A stretch of 64,000 nt of DNA from an uncultured delta proteobacterium. Its GTDB lineage: Bacteria; Myxococcota_A; Polyangia; Polyangiales; B10-G4. Both the position numbers and the translations under genes were made by a program. Shown piece after piece: positions 1 to 10,550 of the stretch. Every line of letters starts with the position of its first letter. Position 1 is the stretch's first letter. Location of the stretch: assembly GCA_963727445.1 (NCBI GenBank), contig CAVSGI010000006.1, forward strand, positions 320,001 through 384,000, read 5' to 3'. The notes below the pieces were generated by a model. That model saw only the letters and a list, made by a program, of their open reading frames with translations. It had not been told where the DNA came from and searched no databases.

Positions 1-1003
1 GCTCCCGCTTGATCGACACGTCGTCCGCTTCGCCCACCAGGCGGGCGAGATCCGCGCCGGAGATGGACTTGCCGAGGGCGGCGATGATGCCCTCGCTCAT
101 GTTCGGCTGGTTCGTGAGCAGGCGGAAGAGCGGCTCGGCCGCACGGGGATCGCCCGTCCGCCCGAGGCCTGTCGCTGCCGACCGAATGACCTCGGTGTTC
201 CGCTCGTCCTCGGGACGCGCGAGCTCGTGGTCGACCAGGCGGGTCAGCGGGTCGATGGCCGCCGGGTCCGCGGATTCCGCGAGGGCCTGCGCCGTCAGCA
301 GTCGCACCGAGTCCTCTTCGTGGTTCAGCAGCTCGTCGGAGGCGAGACGCTCGGGGCCGAGCACCCGCGTGATGACCGCTGGATCCCAGTTGGGCATGTC
401 CTGCAGGCGGCCGGCGACGAACTGCTCGATGATCGCATCGGCCGCGTTCGACTCGCCGAGCACGGCGAGGGCCCACACGACCTGCGTGCGGTCGAGCTCG
501 TCGGTGTCGGGGAGGATGTCGAGGAGCTTCTGCCGCGCGGGGTCCGCCGTGGGCGAGCCCAGGTTCGCGAGCGCGATCGCCGCCTGGCGCCGCACCTCAC
601 CACGCTGGTCGAGCGCGGTGATGTACAGCGGTACGGCCGCCGCGTCTTCGAAGGCGTCGAGGTTCTGGATGATCCGAACGCGCACGCTCGGGTGATCGTC
701 CGCCTGGAACACGTTGCGGAGACACGTGAGCATCTCCTCCTGTGCGTCGATCTGACCGCAGCGCTCGACCTCCGCCATCATCTGGTCTTTGGCGATCGTG
801 GCGCGGTAACCGAACCACGCCATGATCCCCAACATGATGATGATCAGGACGCCCGCGATGCGGCCGGCCGTCGAGGTGCGCTTGCGCATCCCCTTGAGGG
901 CCTGCTCATCCCCCATCGGCACGGCTGCGAGCGGGTTGTCGTCTTCAAAAGCGCTGAGGTCGGTGGGCCCCTCGGCCGGTGCCTCGAAATCCTCGTCGGA
1001 CAT
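1..1003 (-). CDS. Membrane-anchored HEAT-repeat protein (3' end runs off the window)
   Basis: Manually translated from ATG 1003 with a GGAGG RBS: MSDEDFEAP...; TM segment IAGVLIIIMLGIMAWFGY; HEAT-like helices VRRQAAIALANLG, VRLLTAQALAE, VIRSAATGLGRTGDPRAAEPL; frame open to the window edge. Confidence 0.75.
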   Translation of the reverse strand, partial: MSDEDFEAPAEGPTDLSAFEDDNPLAAVPMGDEQALKGMRKRTSTAGRIAGVLIIIMLGIMAWFGYRATIAKDQMMAEVERCGQIDAQEEMLTCLRNVFQADDHPSVRVRIIQNLDAFEDAAAVPLYITALDQRGEVRRQAAIALANLGSPTADPARQKLLDILPDTDELDRTQVVWALAVLGESNAADAIIEQFVAGRLQDMPNWDPAVITRVLGPERLASDELLNHEEDSVRLLTAQALAESADPAAIDPLTRLVDHELARPEDERNTEVIRSAATGLGRTGDPRAAEPLFRLLTNQPNMSEGIIAALGKSISGADLARLVGEADDVSIKRE

Positions 1004-1062
1004 GGCGGATCCTCCCCAAAAAGGCGGCCCAACATACCGATCTTGCGTGGAAAAGGAAACGC

Positions 1063-2238
1063 TCAGGGTGCGTTTGTGTCGTCGCCGAGGTCGAATATCC
1101 GCCGCGCGTTGTCCGCGTAGAGCTTGCGGAGCACCCCCTCGGGGAGCCCGATCGCGTCGATGGTCCAGTCGCCCTGGATGGGGGTGGGGTGGGCCATGTG
1201 CCGGGCGTTCGTCTCGAAGTACCTGAAATGAGAGGCGAAGAAGGCAGAGACCGCGGAGCGGGGGTCGGGATGAGCGCCCCGCGAGCCGAGGGTCAGACCC
1301 CCCGCCGTCACGCCGAGATCGGTGCCGAAGAGGATCCGGTCCTGGTGCCGCACGAAGAGCGCGTGCATCTCCTCTGGATCGTGGCGGCCGATCTCGGGGA
1401 GGCGCGCGCCGGTCTCGACCACCAGATTCGGGTAGCGGTCGAGCATCTGCCCGACCCGCAGCGGCTCCTCCGGGTCGTTGCCGAAGTGGGCGCCAACGAA
1501 GGTGGTGTTCGGGTGGCGGGCGACGCGGGTCTCGAACTGCGCGAAGATCTCCTCCCACGTCGGCCAGGGCTCCCCGTTCGGGTCGTCGCCGTAGAAGCTC
1601 CACGCGGGATGGGCCTGTAGCTCGGCGTATCGCTCGTTGTCGGGGGTGGGCGGCCGGAAGAAGGCCTGGGGATCGCCGGAGTGGATCAGCACCGGCAGGC
1701 CGAGGCTCCCCGCGGTCTCGAAGACGACGTCGAGGCGCGGATCGTCGATGCGCAGCAGCGATCCGTCCGAGAGGCGCGTGCCGAGGCCCAGGCTCTTGAA
1801 GATCTTGAGCCCCACCGCGCCGCGCTCCCGGCAGGCGCGCAGCCAACGGACGGCGAACTCCTGAAAGTCCGCGTCCTCGACCGCGGAGAAAGCGAAATTG
1901 CAGTAAGGCCGAATGCGCCCGCCGGTCTGCTCGGCCACCTGATTCCAGGCCACCAGTTCCTGTTGGGGCGAGCCGCCGCTCGCGTTGAGCGCGATGTCGA
2001 TCCCGTTTTCGTCCATGATCGACAGCGCTTCGGGGACCTGCTCGAGGCCCAGGTGGGTGTGGACGTCGATCTTCGGCAGGTCGGCGAAGTGCTCCTCGGG
2101 CGCCTCTGGGGTGGGCGGCGGACCGGTCGGTGCCGGCGGGGGCCAGAAGGCCACCGCGAGGACGATCCCCGCGATCAGGGCCCCAGCCACCGCCCAGAGG
2201 GCCTTCGAACCCCCCCGTCTGTGTTCATTCGTTTGCAA
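1063..2238 (-). CDS. Amidohydrolase family (Amidohydro_2-like TIM barrel) with N-terminal membrane anchor
   Basis: IDVHTH metal motif, GLKIFK, PVLIHSGDP, FVGAHFG, DRILFGTD, LYADNARRIF; hydrophobic N-terminus. Confidence 0.85.
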   Translation of the reverse strand: MQTNEHRRGGSKALWAVAGALIAGIVLAVAFWPPPAPTGPPPTPEAPEEHFADLPKIDVHTHLGLEQVPEALSIMDENGIDIALNASGGSPQQELVAWNQVAEQTGGRIRPYCNFAFSAVEDADFQEFAVRWLRACRERGAVGLKIFKSLGLGTRLSDGSLLRIDDPRLDVVFETAGSLGLPVLIHSGDPQAFFRPPTPDNERYAELQAHPAWSFYGDDPNGEPWPTWEEIFAQFETRVARHPNTTFVGAHFGNDPEEPLRVGQMLDRYPNLVVETGARLPEIGRHDPEEMHALFVRHQDRILFGTDLGVTAGGLTLGSRGAHPDPRSAVSAFFASHFRYFETNARHMAHPTPIQGDWTIDAIGLPEGVLRKLYADNARRIFDLGDDTNAP

Positions 2239-2254
2239 GTGCCCGAAATCGCTG

Positions 2255-2284
2255 TTGACCCGTTGCGGGGCCCCATTCTAATCT
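2255..2284 (+). promoter_or_regulatory. Putative sigma70 promoter for ihfB-tyrS
   Basis: TTGACC (2255-2260), 18-nt spacer, TAATCT (2279-2284); GGAGG RBS downstream. Confidence 0.45.
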
Positions 2285-2312
2285 CGTGAGCCGTTGGAGG
2301 GGAGACCCCGGG

Positions 2313-2645
2313 ATGACGAAATCCGAGCTCATCGACGCAGTAGCCCAGCGGAGCAAGATCACCAAGAGCAGGGCCGAGCAGGTCGTGAACTGCGTCTTCG
2401 AGTCGATGACCAAAGCGCTCGAAAAGGGCGAGGGTATCGAGATCAGAGGCTTTGGCAGCTTCACCGTGCGCCATTACAAGCCTTACAACGGTCGCAATCC
2501 CCGCACTGGTAAGCCAGTGCCGGTGCCGGCGAAACGTCTACCTTTCTTCAAGGTGGGCAAAGAGCTCAAGGAGCTCGTCAACACCGGCAAGCTCCCAGAA
2601 GGCGGATTCGCCAGCCATCACGAGCCCGTGCCCGACGACGACTGA
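2313..2645 (+). CDS. ihfB: Integration host factor beta subunit / HU-family DNA-binding protein
   Basis: MTKSELI...IEIRGFGSFTVRHY...GRNPRTG...KRLPFFKVGKELKE signature; ATG 2313 after a GGAG-rich RBS. Confidence 0.85.
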   Translation: MTKSELIDAVAQRSKITKSRAEQVVNCVFESMTKALEKGEGIEIRGFGSFTVRHYKPYNGRNPRTGKPVPVPAKRLPFFKVGKELKELVNTGKLPEGGFASHHEPVPDDD

Positions 2646-2694
2646 GTCGGCCTTTCGGCTCGACAACTCCCAACGGCCCCACACGAGCACCACC

Positions 2695-3921
2695 GTGTCC
2701 CCCGAAGAGCAGCTCGCCGAGCTCAAGCGCGGCGTCGTCGATTTGCACGTCGAGTCGGAGCTACTCGACCGCCTGCGCGAGGGGAAGCCTCTCAAGATCA
2801 AAGCGGGTTTCGACCCGACGCGCCCCGACCTCCATCTCGGGCATACGGTCTTGATGAACAAGATGCGTGCGTTCCAGGAGCTCGGGCACGAAGTGATCTT
2901 CGTGGTCGGTGATTTCACGGCGCAAATCGGTGATCCCTCCGGCCGCAGCGCCACCCGCCCCGTCCCCACCCGCGAAGAGATCGAAGAGGGCGCGCGGACC
3001 TACGCCGAGCAGGCGTTCAAGATCCTCGACAAGGACGCGACCCGCATCGTCTACAACAGCGAATGGCTTGGTGAAATGCGCTTCGACGACGTCATTCGCA
3101 TGGCGGGGAAGTACACCCTGGCGCGCATGATGGAGCGGGACGACTTCAAGAAGCGGTGGGCGGAAAACCAGAGCATTTCCATTCACGAGCTCCTCTATCC
3201 GCTGGCCCAGGCCTACGATTCGGTCGCCCTCGAATGCGACGTGGAGCTGGGCGGCACCGACCAGCTCTTCAACCTCCTCGTCGGTCGCCAGCTGATGCGC
3301 GAGTACGGTCAGCGGCCGCAGCTCGTCATGACGACGCCCATCCTCGAGGGCACGAACGCGCGCGAAGAGGACGGGCGCATCGTGGGCGACAAGATGAGCA
3401 AGTCCCTCGACAACTACGTGGGGGTCGCCGAGGCGCCGAAGGAGATGTTCGGCAAGCTGATGAGCATCTCGGACGCCGTGATGTGGCGTTACTACGAGCT
3501 CCTGTCGGGCGAGTCGGTGGAGACCATCGCCGAGCGCAAGCGCGCGTGCGCGTCGGGTGGGATGAATCCGCGCGACGCGAAGGTGGCCCTCGCGAAGGAG
3601 ATCGTCGGCCGCTACCACGACGACCGCGCCGCAGAAGACGCGCGCGAAGCGTGGGAGGCGCAGTTCAGCCGGCGCGAGGTGCCCGACGACATGCCGGACG
3701 TGACCCTCGAGGCCGGCGACGAAGGCGAGATTCGGATCCCGAAGGCGCTCGTCGAGGCGGGGCTGGTGAAGAGCTCGAGCGACGGGCGGCGCCGGCTTCA
3801 GCAGGGCGGCGTGCAGGTCGACGGCGCGAAGGTGACCGACACGCAGGCGAAGCTGAAGAAGGGCGGGACCTACGTGGTCAAGGCCGGCAAGCGCGCCTGG
3901 GCGAAGATCACGGTCCGCTGA
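2695..3921 (+). CDS. tyrS: Tyrosine--tRNA ligase
   Basis: GFDPTRPDLHLGH (HIGH motif), ELGGTDQLFNL, KMSKS, C-terminal S4-like domain; start inferred at GTG 2695. Confidence 0.95.
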   Translation: MSPEEQLAELKRGVVDLHVESELLDRLREGKPLKIKAGFDPTRPDLHLGHTVLMNKMRAFQELGHEVIFVVGDFTAQIGDPSGRSATRPVPTREEIEEGARTYAEQAFKILDKDATRIVYNSEWLGEMRFDDVIRMAGKYTLARMMERDDFKKRWAENQSISIHELLYPLAQAYDSVALECDVELGGTDQLFNLLVGRQLMREYGQRPQLVMTTPILEGTNAREEDGRIVGDKMSKSLDNYVGVAEAPKEMFGKLMSISDAVMWRYYELLSGESVETIAERKRACASGGMNPRDAKVALAKEIVGRYHDDRAAEDAREAWEAQFSRREVPDDMPDVTLEAGDEGEIRIPKALVEAGLVKSSSDGRRRLQQGGVQVDGAKVTDTQAKLKKGGTYVVKAGKRAWAKITVR

Positions 3922-3930
3922 TGGGTCGAG

Positions 3931-5022
3931 ATGCCTGACATTCGCGCCGTCGTCATGACGGGCCCGCACGAGCCGCTCGCGCTCCGCGAGCTGCCGGAGC
4001 CGGAGCTCGCGCCGGGCGCGGCGCTCTTGCGAACCACCTACAGCGAGGTCTGCGGGACCGACGTGCATCTCGCCGACGGCAAGCTCGCCGGCGTGCCTTA
4101 TCCGATCGTGCCAGGTCACGTGTCGGTGGGGGTGCTCGAGAAGATCCGCGGCGAGATCCGCGACGTGGACGGCGTGCCCTTCCGCGAAGGGGACACGGCT
4201 GCGTTCCTCGACGTCCACGGCTCTTGCGGCGCCTGCTACCAGTGCCTGGTCGCCAAGGCTTCGACGCGCTGCCCTTCACGCCGTGTGTACGGCATCACCT
4301 TCAGCGCCGACGAAGGTCCGCTCGGCGGCTGGGCGGAGAAGATCCTGCTCCTGCCCGGGACCAAGCTGCTTCGCCTGCCCGACGGGCTGGACGGGGCGAC
4401 CTACATCGGCGGCGGTTGTGGACTGAACACCGCGTACGCGTCCGTGACGCGCGCGACCATTCGGCTCGGCGATTCGGTGGTGGTGCTCGGCGTCGGGCCG
4501 GTGGGGCAGAGCGTCTGCGCGTTCGCGAGCCTCTCCGGCGCGAGCCAGGTGCTCGCCATCGGGGCGCCCGACGAAAGGCTCGCCTACGCGAAGCGCATGG
4601 GCGCGACCGATACGTGCGGCCTCGGCCTGGACGCCGGCGCGCGGGCGGCCTGGGTGCGCGAGCGGACCTCGGGGTGGGGCGCCGACGTGGTGATCGAGGC
4701 GGCGGGGGATCCGCGCGCGGTGATCGACGCGCTCACCATGGTGCGCGACGCGGGGACGGTGGTGGTGGCCGGGCAGTACACCGACAACGGCGAGGTCGCG
4801 ATCAATCCGCACTCCCTCATCAACGAGAAGCATGTCGATCTGCGCGGCAGCTGGGGCAGCGACTACAGCCACTTCCATCGCGCGATCGCGCTTCAGGCGC
4901 AGCATCGCGCGCGTTTCCCCTGGCACGAGATGGCCGCCAAGAGCTTCGATCTCGATCACGCCGCCGACGCGCTCGAAGCGGTGCGCGCGCGCGAGCTGGT
5001 CAAGGCGACGATCCGTCCTTGA
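3931..5022 (+). CDS. Zinc-binding alcohol dehydrogenase (MDR family)
   Basis: VCGTDVH, PGH, CGACYQC..C structural Zn site, GVGPVG Rossmann motif. Confidence 0.9.
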   Translation: MPDIRAVVMTGPHEPLALRELPEPELAPGAALLRTTYSEVCGTDVHLADGKLAGVPYPIVPGHVSVGVLEKIRGEIRDVDGVPFREGDTAAFLDVHGSCGACYQCLVAKASTRCPSRRVYGITFSADEGPLGGWAEKILLLPGTKLLRLPDGLDGATYIGGGCGLNTAYASVTRATIRLGDSVVVLGVGPVGQSVCAFASLSGASQVLAIGAPDERLAYAKRMGATDTCGLGLDAGARAAWVRERTSGWGADVVIEAAGDPRAVIDALTMVRDAGTVVVAGQYTDNGEVAINPHSLINEKHVDLRGSWGSDYSHFHRAIALQAQHRARFPWHEMAAKSFDLDHAADALEAVRARELVKATIRP

Positions 5023-5023
5023 T

Positions 5024-5205
5024 TCAGTCGGCGATCCCAGGCGGCAGCTCGACGAGCCAGTCGGCGCTGGAGTAGCCGTCGTGGGTGGGCTGGGGGGCTC
5101 CGGCGCAGTGGGCGGTGGCGCAGTGGGCGGTGGCTGCACCTCCCGTGGATCGTCGCAGGCGACGGAGGTCCACACCAACAGGACGAGGAGCATCTGCCGC
5201 CTCAT
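5024..5205 (-). CDS. Small Pro-rich lipoprotein (~60 aa) with an apparent frameshift at a G6 run
   Basis: ATG overlaps the glgA stop (ATGA); signal MRRQMLLVLLVWTSVAC; adding one base at 5092-5097 joins it to HDGYSSADWLVELPPGIAD*. Confidence 0.45.
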
Positions 5206-6668
5206 GCATCGTGCCCGCGATCGCGGAGGGCGGCGCGGAACACCTTCAGGTATTCGCGCGCGGCGCGGTCCCAGCTGAAGTCGCGCGTCATGGCCGTGCG
5301 CTGCATCGTGCGCCACGCGTCATGGCGGTCGTCGTAGAACGAGCACGCCCAGCGGATGGTGCCCGCGAGCGCCTCGTCGGTGGCGCAGTCGAAGACGAAG
5401 CCGGTGGCGCGACCCGCGAGCACCTCGTTGTCGGTGGCGTTGATCACCGTGTCCGCGAGCCCGCCGGTGTTGCGCACCAGGGGTAGGGCGCCATAGCGAA
5501 GGGCGTAGAGCTGGGTCAGGCCGCAGGGCTCGGAGCGAGAGGGGACGATGATCACGTCGCTCGCCGCCTGCACCAGGTGCGCAAGGGCCTCGTCGTAGCC
5601 GACGTAGACCGCGACCCGCCCAGGGTGCGCTTCGGCGAGCGTTCGGAAGCCGTCCTCGAGCGCCTTTTCGCCGCTGCCGAGCACCACCAGCTGCCCGCCC
5701 GCCTCGAGGATGGCGCTGCTCGCTTCGAGGAGCAGGTCGACCCCCTTGAGCCAGGCGAGGCGCGAAACCATGCCGAAGAGCGGCGCGTTCGGGTCGCCGT
5801 CGAGATCGACGTGCCGCCGGATCTCGGCGCGCGCGGCCAGCTTGCCCTGGGCGACGCTCTCCACCGTGTAGCGCATCGGCAGGTGGGGGTCGTTCTTCGG
5901 ATCCCACACATCGTAGTCGACGCCGTTCACGATGCCCGTGAGCGCACGCCTCCGTCCCGCGAGCAGGCCTTCCATGCCGAAGCCGGCTTCGGGCGTCTGG
6001 ATCTCGCGGGCGTAGGTCTTGCTGACGGTGGTGATGCGATCAGCGTAGTAGAGGCCCGCCTTCAGGAAACCGACGCCGCCGTAATACTCGACGCCGTCGA
6101 TACCGCGCGCCGATTCGGGCAGGCCCAGCGAGTCGAAGATGCTGGCGTCGTAGCGGCCCTGGTAGGCGAGGTTGTGGATGGTGGTGACTGTGGCGACGTC
6201 GATCTCGTCCGCGCGGACGTAGGCCGGCGCGAGGCCAGCCTGCCAGTCGTGGGCGTGTAGGACGTCGGGGACGAAGGAGGGATCGGCGCCGGCGGCCAGA
6301 CGCGCGCCCGCCCAGCCGAAAGCGGCGAAGCGCAGGTGGTTGTCGGGATGATCGTGGCCCTGGCCGTCGAGATACGGGCCCCCGTCGCGAAAGTAGTGGC
6401 CCGGGCAGTCGAGCACGTAGGCCGGGACGTCGACCCCCCGCAGGCGTCCGCGCATGATCTGGGCCGAGCCCGCGCCGAAGAGATCGTCCACCGAGAGGAC
6501 GGGCTCTTCGTCGTAGAGGGCCTCGAAGACCGCGCCATATCCGGGGAGCAGGACCCGGGCGTCGACGTTCATCCGCGCGAGGGCCGCCGGGAGCGCAGCG
6601 GCGACGTCGGCGAGGCCGCCGGTCTTGACCAGGGGATAGAGCTCGCTCGCGACGGAGAGGACTCGCAC
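5202..6668 (-). CDS. glgA: Glycogen synthase
   Basis: ASELYPLVKTGGLADV, HAHDWQ, TIHNLAYQG, PSRSEPCGLTQL, TGGLADTV. Confidence 0.97.
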   Translation of the reverse strand: MRVLSVASELYPLVKTGGLADVAAALPAALARMNVDARVLLPGYGAVFEALYDEEPVLSVDDLFGAGSAQIMRGRLRGVDVPAYVLDCPGHYFRDGGPYLDGQGHDHPDNHLRFAAFGWAGARLAAGADPSFVPDVLHAHDWQAGLAPAYVRADEIDVATVTTIHNLAYQGRYDASIFDSLGLPESARGIDGVEYYGGVGFLKAGLYYADRITTVSKTYAREIQTPEAGFGMEGLLAGRRRALTGIVNGVDYDVWDPKNDPHLPMRYTVESVAQGKLAARAEIRRHVDLDGDPNAPLFGMVSRLAWLKGVDLLLEASSAILEAGGQLVVLGSGEKALEDGFRTLAEAHPGRVAVYVGYDEALAHLVQAASDVIIVPSRSEPCGLTQLYALRYGALPLVRNTGGLADTVINATDNEVLAGRATGFVFDCATDEALAGTIRWACSFYDDRHDAWRTMQRTAMTRDFSWDRAAREYLKVFRAALRDRGHDA

Positions 6669-6688
6669 CCCTCAGTCCATACCGCGCG

Positions 6689-7951
6689 TCAGTCGAGTGC
6701 GTCCAGCATCGCTTTGGTGATGAGGGTCACGCCGCCCTCGGTGCGGTGGAAGCGGCGGGCATCTTCGCCGGGGTCGTCGCCGACGATCAGGCCCTCCGGG
6801 ATCTCCACCCCGCGATCGATCACGACCTTCTTGAGGCGCGCGTGGCGAGCGATGTTCACCTGCGGCAGCACCACCGCCCCGTCGAGCTCGCAATAGGAGT
6901 TGACGCGCACCTGGGTACCGAGGACCGAGCGCCGCACCCGCGAGCCGCTCACGATGCTCCCCTCGCCGACGATGCTGTCGATGGCGCGGCCCCGGCGCCC
7001 CTCCTCGTCGAAGACGAACTTCGCGGGGGGGAGCTGCAGCTGATAGGTCCAGATCGGCCACTGGTCGTCGTAGAGATCGAGCTCGGGCGTGACGGCCGTC
7101 AGGTCGATGTTGGCCGACCAGTAGGCGTCGATCGTTCCGACGTCGCGCCAGTACGGGTCGGGCTGGCCTTCGCTGTAGATGGCGCTGTCGCCCAACCGAT
7201 GAGCGCGGACGTTCGCGTGCTGCACGAGGTGGGGGATGAAGTCCCTGCCGAAGTCGTGTGAGCTCGAAGCGATCTCCGAGTCGCGCACCAGCTCGTCGTA
7301 CATCTTCTCCGCGGTGAAGACGTAGATGCCCATGGAGGCGAGGGTGTGCTCGGGGTCGTTGGGGAGCCCGGGAGGATCGGCGGGCTTCTCGAGGAAGCCG
7401 ATGACGCGCTCGTCTGCGTCGACGTCCATCACCCCGAAGGCGCTCGCTTCCATGCGGGGAACGGTCACACAGCCCACGGTGACGTCGGCGCCCGACGCCA
7501 CGTGCGCCTCGATCATCAGCCCGTAGTCCTGCCGGTAGATGTGATCGCCCGCGAGGACCACCACGTACTCGGGCCCCTCCGCCCTCAAGATGTCGATGTT
7601 CTGGAAGACCGCATCGGCGGTGCCGCGGTACCAGGTGTTCTCGTCCACCCGCTGTTGCGCCGGGAGGAGGTCGATGAACTCGTTCATCTCGCCGCGGAGC
7701 ATCCCCCAGCCGCGCTGGATGTGGCGCAGCAGGCTGTGACTCTTGTACTGAGTGGCGACGTAGATGCGGCGAATGCCCGAGTTCAGGCAGTTGGAGAGAA
7801 CGAAATCGACGATCCGGTACTTTCCGCCGAAATAGACGGCGGGTTTCGCGCGGTTGTCGGTCAGGTGCATCAGGCGGCTGCCGCGACCTCCCGCGAGGAT
7901 CAACGCGACGGATTGCCGGGCGATGCGGCGAATGTCGTCATCCTGTTTCAT
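6689..7951 (-). CDS. glgC: Glucose-1-phosphate adenylyltransferase
   Basis: [47 protein letters not shown]; alternative ATG at 7966. Confidence 0.97.
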   Translation of the reverse strand: MKQDDDIRRIARQSVALILAGGRGSRLMHLTDNRAKPAVYFGGKYRIVDFVLSNCLNSGIRRIYVATQYKSHSLLRHIQRGWGMLRGEMNEFIDLLPAQQRVDENTWYRGTADAVFQNIDILRAEGPEYVVVLAGDHIYRQDYGLMIEAHVASGADVTVGCVTVPRMEASAFGVMDVDADERVIGFLEKPADPPGLPNDPEHTLASMGIYVFTAEKMYDELVRDSEIASSSHDFGRDFIPHLVQHANVRAHRLGDSAIYSEGQPDPYWRDVGTIDAYWSANIDLTAVTPELDLYDDQWPIWTYQLQLPPAKFVFDEEGRRGRAIDSIVGEGSIVSGSRVRRSVLGTQVRVNSYCELDGAVVLPQVNIARHARLKKVVIDRGVEIPEGLIVGDDPGEDARRFHRTEGGVTLITKAMLDALD

Positions 7952-8017
7952 GCTGCCCACGAGCATATAAGCCCGGCCTACGTCGTGCGAGGGGGAAGGT
8001 GTTACGTTTTGGCAATC

Positions 8018-9307
8018 GTGAGGCTCTGGCGTTGGGCGTTGGTGCTCGTCGTGGGCTGCGGAGCCGCTTCACCCGCGGGTCCCTTCACCACACCTCCCCT
8101 GGCGTCGAGTCATCCCCTGATCGCGGAGGTCGCCGAATGTAGCGGCGGCGAGAGCGCGGTGCGTGATTGCGTGGTGCAACGCGTGTGCGCCCATGCGTTC
8201 GACGGAGCGGATCCCCGCCGTTTCCATCTTCATCCCATGGGCGAGACTCCGTGGATTCAGGTGAGCCTGAGCGCTCAACGAAGGGTCCGGGAGATCGATC
8301 TGGCCCACGGCGGGCCGAACGGGACGGAGTACGAGGTCGGCTTCACCTGCGAGGAACGAGCGAATCGAGGGGTGGAGGCGGACTCCTTCACGTTGTCGTT
8401 GGACGAGCCCGAAGAACGAAGCGATGCGCTGCTCACGCTTCCCGAAGACGAGCGAACCCGAGAGGCGGCGCGCGCGGCCTTCGACGCCGCCGATGACGGC
8501 CCGCTCGTCTTCCAGCACGCCTTGTGGCTCGCGCGCTCGACCGACCCCTCGGACCATGTGCTCGTCGGCGAGGCGCTGAAGAGCCGGGACGTGGTCGAGC
8601 TCCTCGGCAACACCACCATCGACCGGGGGCCGCGCCTGCGCTTCGAGCCGCTAGGGCATCGCTGGCCCCTGGCCCAGATCCTCTTCGCCCTGCGCGATGG
8701 GGACAGCGCGAGCGGGCGGGCACTCCTGACCGAGCTGGCAAGCGATCCACTGTGGTCGGACGAGACGCTCGACGTGGCCGACGGCCACGTGGAGTGGCTC
8801 CTTCGGGCGCTCGCCGCGGTCCGACCGCCGCCGCCGGCCGTGCTCGCGTACTTTCGGAGCCACGCGGGCCCCGGCGTCTACGCGGGCGTCGTGGCGTCGG
8901 CCCTCGTGGAAAACGGAAGCGACGAAGCGGTGAGCCTCCTTCGCACGCTCCTTCGCGACGGGCGCATCCCGGCCCCTGAGCGCGCCGCGTGGCTTCGCGC
9001 CGACATCGGCGCGGCCCGCCACCGCCCGGAGGTCCTACAAGTCGCCGAACAACTCCTGCTTCGGGGGCTACCGCCGCGACTCGATCGGCGCCTCCTCGAG
9101 GATCTCTTCGGGGACTTCACCGAAGAGCTGAGACCGGATAGCCAGCTCAGCTGCCCCGCTCTCGAAAGGGTGCCCGAGGAGGCGGCGCTCATCCTGCGCC
9201 GTATCGGCGCCCACGCGCTCGCGCGCCGCCTCGGCGCGTCGACGCGCCACGTCGTCGAGGAGGGACTCCAACGCCTTCTGTCCACGTCCGAGAGCGCCGA
9301 CGACTGA
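8018..9307 (+). CDS. Hypothetical lipoprotein with helical-repeat C-terminal half
   Basis: GTG start, lipobox-like WALVLVVGC; long open frame; the upstream part of the ORF-track entry is antisense to glgC. Confidence 0.6.
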   Translation: MRLWRWALVLVVGCGAASPAGPFTTPPLASSHPLIAEVAECSGGESAVRDCVVQRVCAHAFDGADPRRFHLHPMGETPWIQVSLSAQRRVREIDLAHGGPNGTEYEVGFTCEERANRGVEADSFTLSLDEPEERSDALLTLPEDERTREAARAAFDAADDGPLVFQHALWLARSTDPSDHVLVGEALKSRDVVELLGNTTIDRGPRLRFEPLGHRWPLAQILFALRDGDSASGRALLTELASDPLWSDETLDVADGHVEWLLRALAAVRPPPPAVLAYFRSHAGPGVYAGVVASALVENGSDEAVSLLRTLLRDGRIPAPERAAWLRADIGAARHRPEVLQVAEQLLLRGLPPRLDRRLLEDLFGDFTEELRPDSQLSCPALERVPEEAALILRRIGAHALARRLGASTRHVVEEGLQRLLSTSESADD

Positions 9308-9316
9308 GGCCGAAGC

Positions 9317-10408
9317 TCAGGGCGCGAGCGCGACCGCCTCGGGCGTACACTCGGCGGGCGCGCTCACGGGGTTGCAGCGCGCGGGCATGCCGTCGGGGAT
9401 CTGCACCCAGTAGTCGAGGCCATCCACCGGGGCGGGAAAGTCGGTGCTGACGATGTGGGCGCCGCTCGCGAGGGCGGCGTCCCTTCGGGTGGTGTCGTCG
9501 GCGCGCGCCTCGACTCCTCCCGAGTCCGCGCGGGTGCGCACGATGAAGCCGGCGGGGACCGCGGTGGCGATCCGCGGATCGCTCGGATCGTTGAGCACCA
9601 GCACGCTCTCGATCGGTGTCCCCTCGTCGCCCTCGGCGAACATCGCGCGCCCGGCCAGCGTCGTTTGGCCCGCGGTGTACGCGTCGCGGGTCTCTCCTGC
9701 GTCGTTCAGGAAGAAGATCGTCTTGCCGCGCGCCTCTGCCAGCGTGGGCCACCCGTCGGTGACGATGCCTTCGCGGGTGGAGGCATGCGTGCCGCGCACG
9801 TCATCCGGCGAGATGCGCATCTCGTCGGGCCAGATGGCGCGGATCTCGGCGTCGAGGGCATCGAGACGATCGGCGCTGGTGTCGCTCGCGGGATCCTTCG
9901 CCTCGATCTGGACGAAGATCGGCACGTGACCCGGGTTCGCGTCGGACCAATCGCGCAGCACGCTGAGGCACTCGCTCAACAAAAAGCACGTCGTCTGTGC
10001 GTCGATCAGCCCCACGTGAAAGACCTCGTAGCGGCGGCATCGCGCGTTCCAGTTCACGTCCAGCTCCACCGCACGCACGCCCTGTGCCTCGAGCTGCTGA
10101 TCGAGGGGCACGTGGGTGTACTCCCAGTCAGGCACGGCGTGCTCCGGCGGGGCGATGTGATAGCTGTTGTGCGTTCCCTTCACCTGGAGGTGATCGACCC
10201 GCAACAGATCGTCGAGGGGTCCGGTGGGGGAGGGCGCCGTGCGCGCCGGCCTGACGGCGATCGGATCGGGACAGGTCACGGCGGTACCGGTGTCGACGGC
10301 CGCGTCCGTGGCGCTGTCGGGGGCGCTCGCGTCGCTGGCGTCGCTCGGTCCGGCGGCGTCGTCGCCGCAGGCGACGAGGGCGAGCAAAGCGAAGACGAGG
10401 GCGCGCAT
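9317..10408 (-). CDS. Lipoprotein, PI-PLC-like phosphodiesterase (Ca2+-dependent phosphoinositide phospholipase C family)
   Basis: MRALVFALLALVAC lipobox; QVKGTHNSYH, QQLEAQGVRAVELDV, WSDANPGHVPIFVQIEAKD, GAHIVSTDFP. Confidence 0.8.
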   Translation of the reverse strand: MRALVFALLALVACGDDAAGPSDASDASAPDSATDAAVDTGTAVTCPDPIAVRPARTAPSPTGPLDDLLRVDHLQVKGTHNSYHIAPPEHAVPDWEYTHVPLDQQLEAQGVRAVELDVNWNARCRRYEVFHVGLIDAQTTCFLLSECLSVLRDWSDANPGHVPIFVQIEAKDPASDTSADRLDALDAEIRAIWPDEMRISPDDVRGTHASTREGIVTDGWPTLAEARGKTIFFLNDAGETRDAYTAGQTTLAGRAMFAEGDEGTPIESVLVLNDPSDPRIATAVPAGFIVRTRADSGGVEARADDTTRRDAALASGAHIVSTDFPAPVDGLDYWVQIPDGMPARCNPVSAPAECTPEAVALAP

Positions 10409-10550
10409 CGGCCCAGCATACCCGCCTGCTGAGGTCTTTCGTCCCGTCGGGTGGGGTCGGGTGATCGGGGCCCGTCGGCTCCAGTGAGCGTGGAAACCGC
10501 GACAAAGGAGCGTCGCAGACTCGGGAACGCCCATTGCACTGCTTTGCTTC

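Noticed and set aside
2175..2474. 99-aa minus-strand ORF
   Set aside because: Antisense shadow of ihfB
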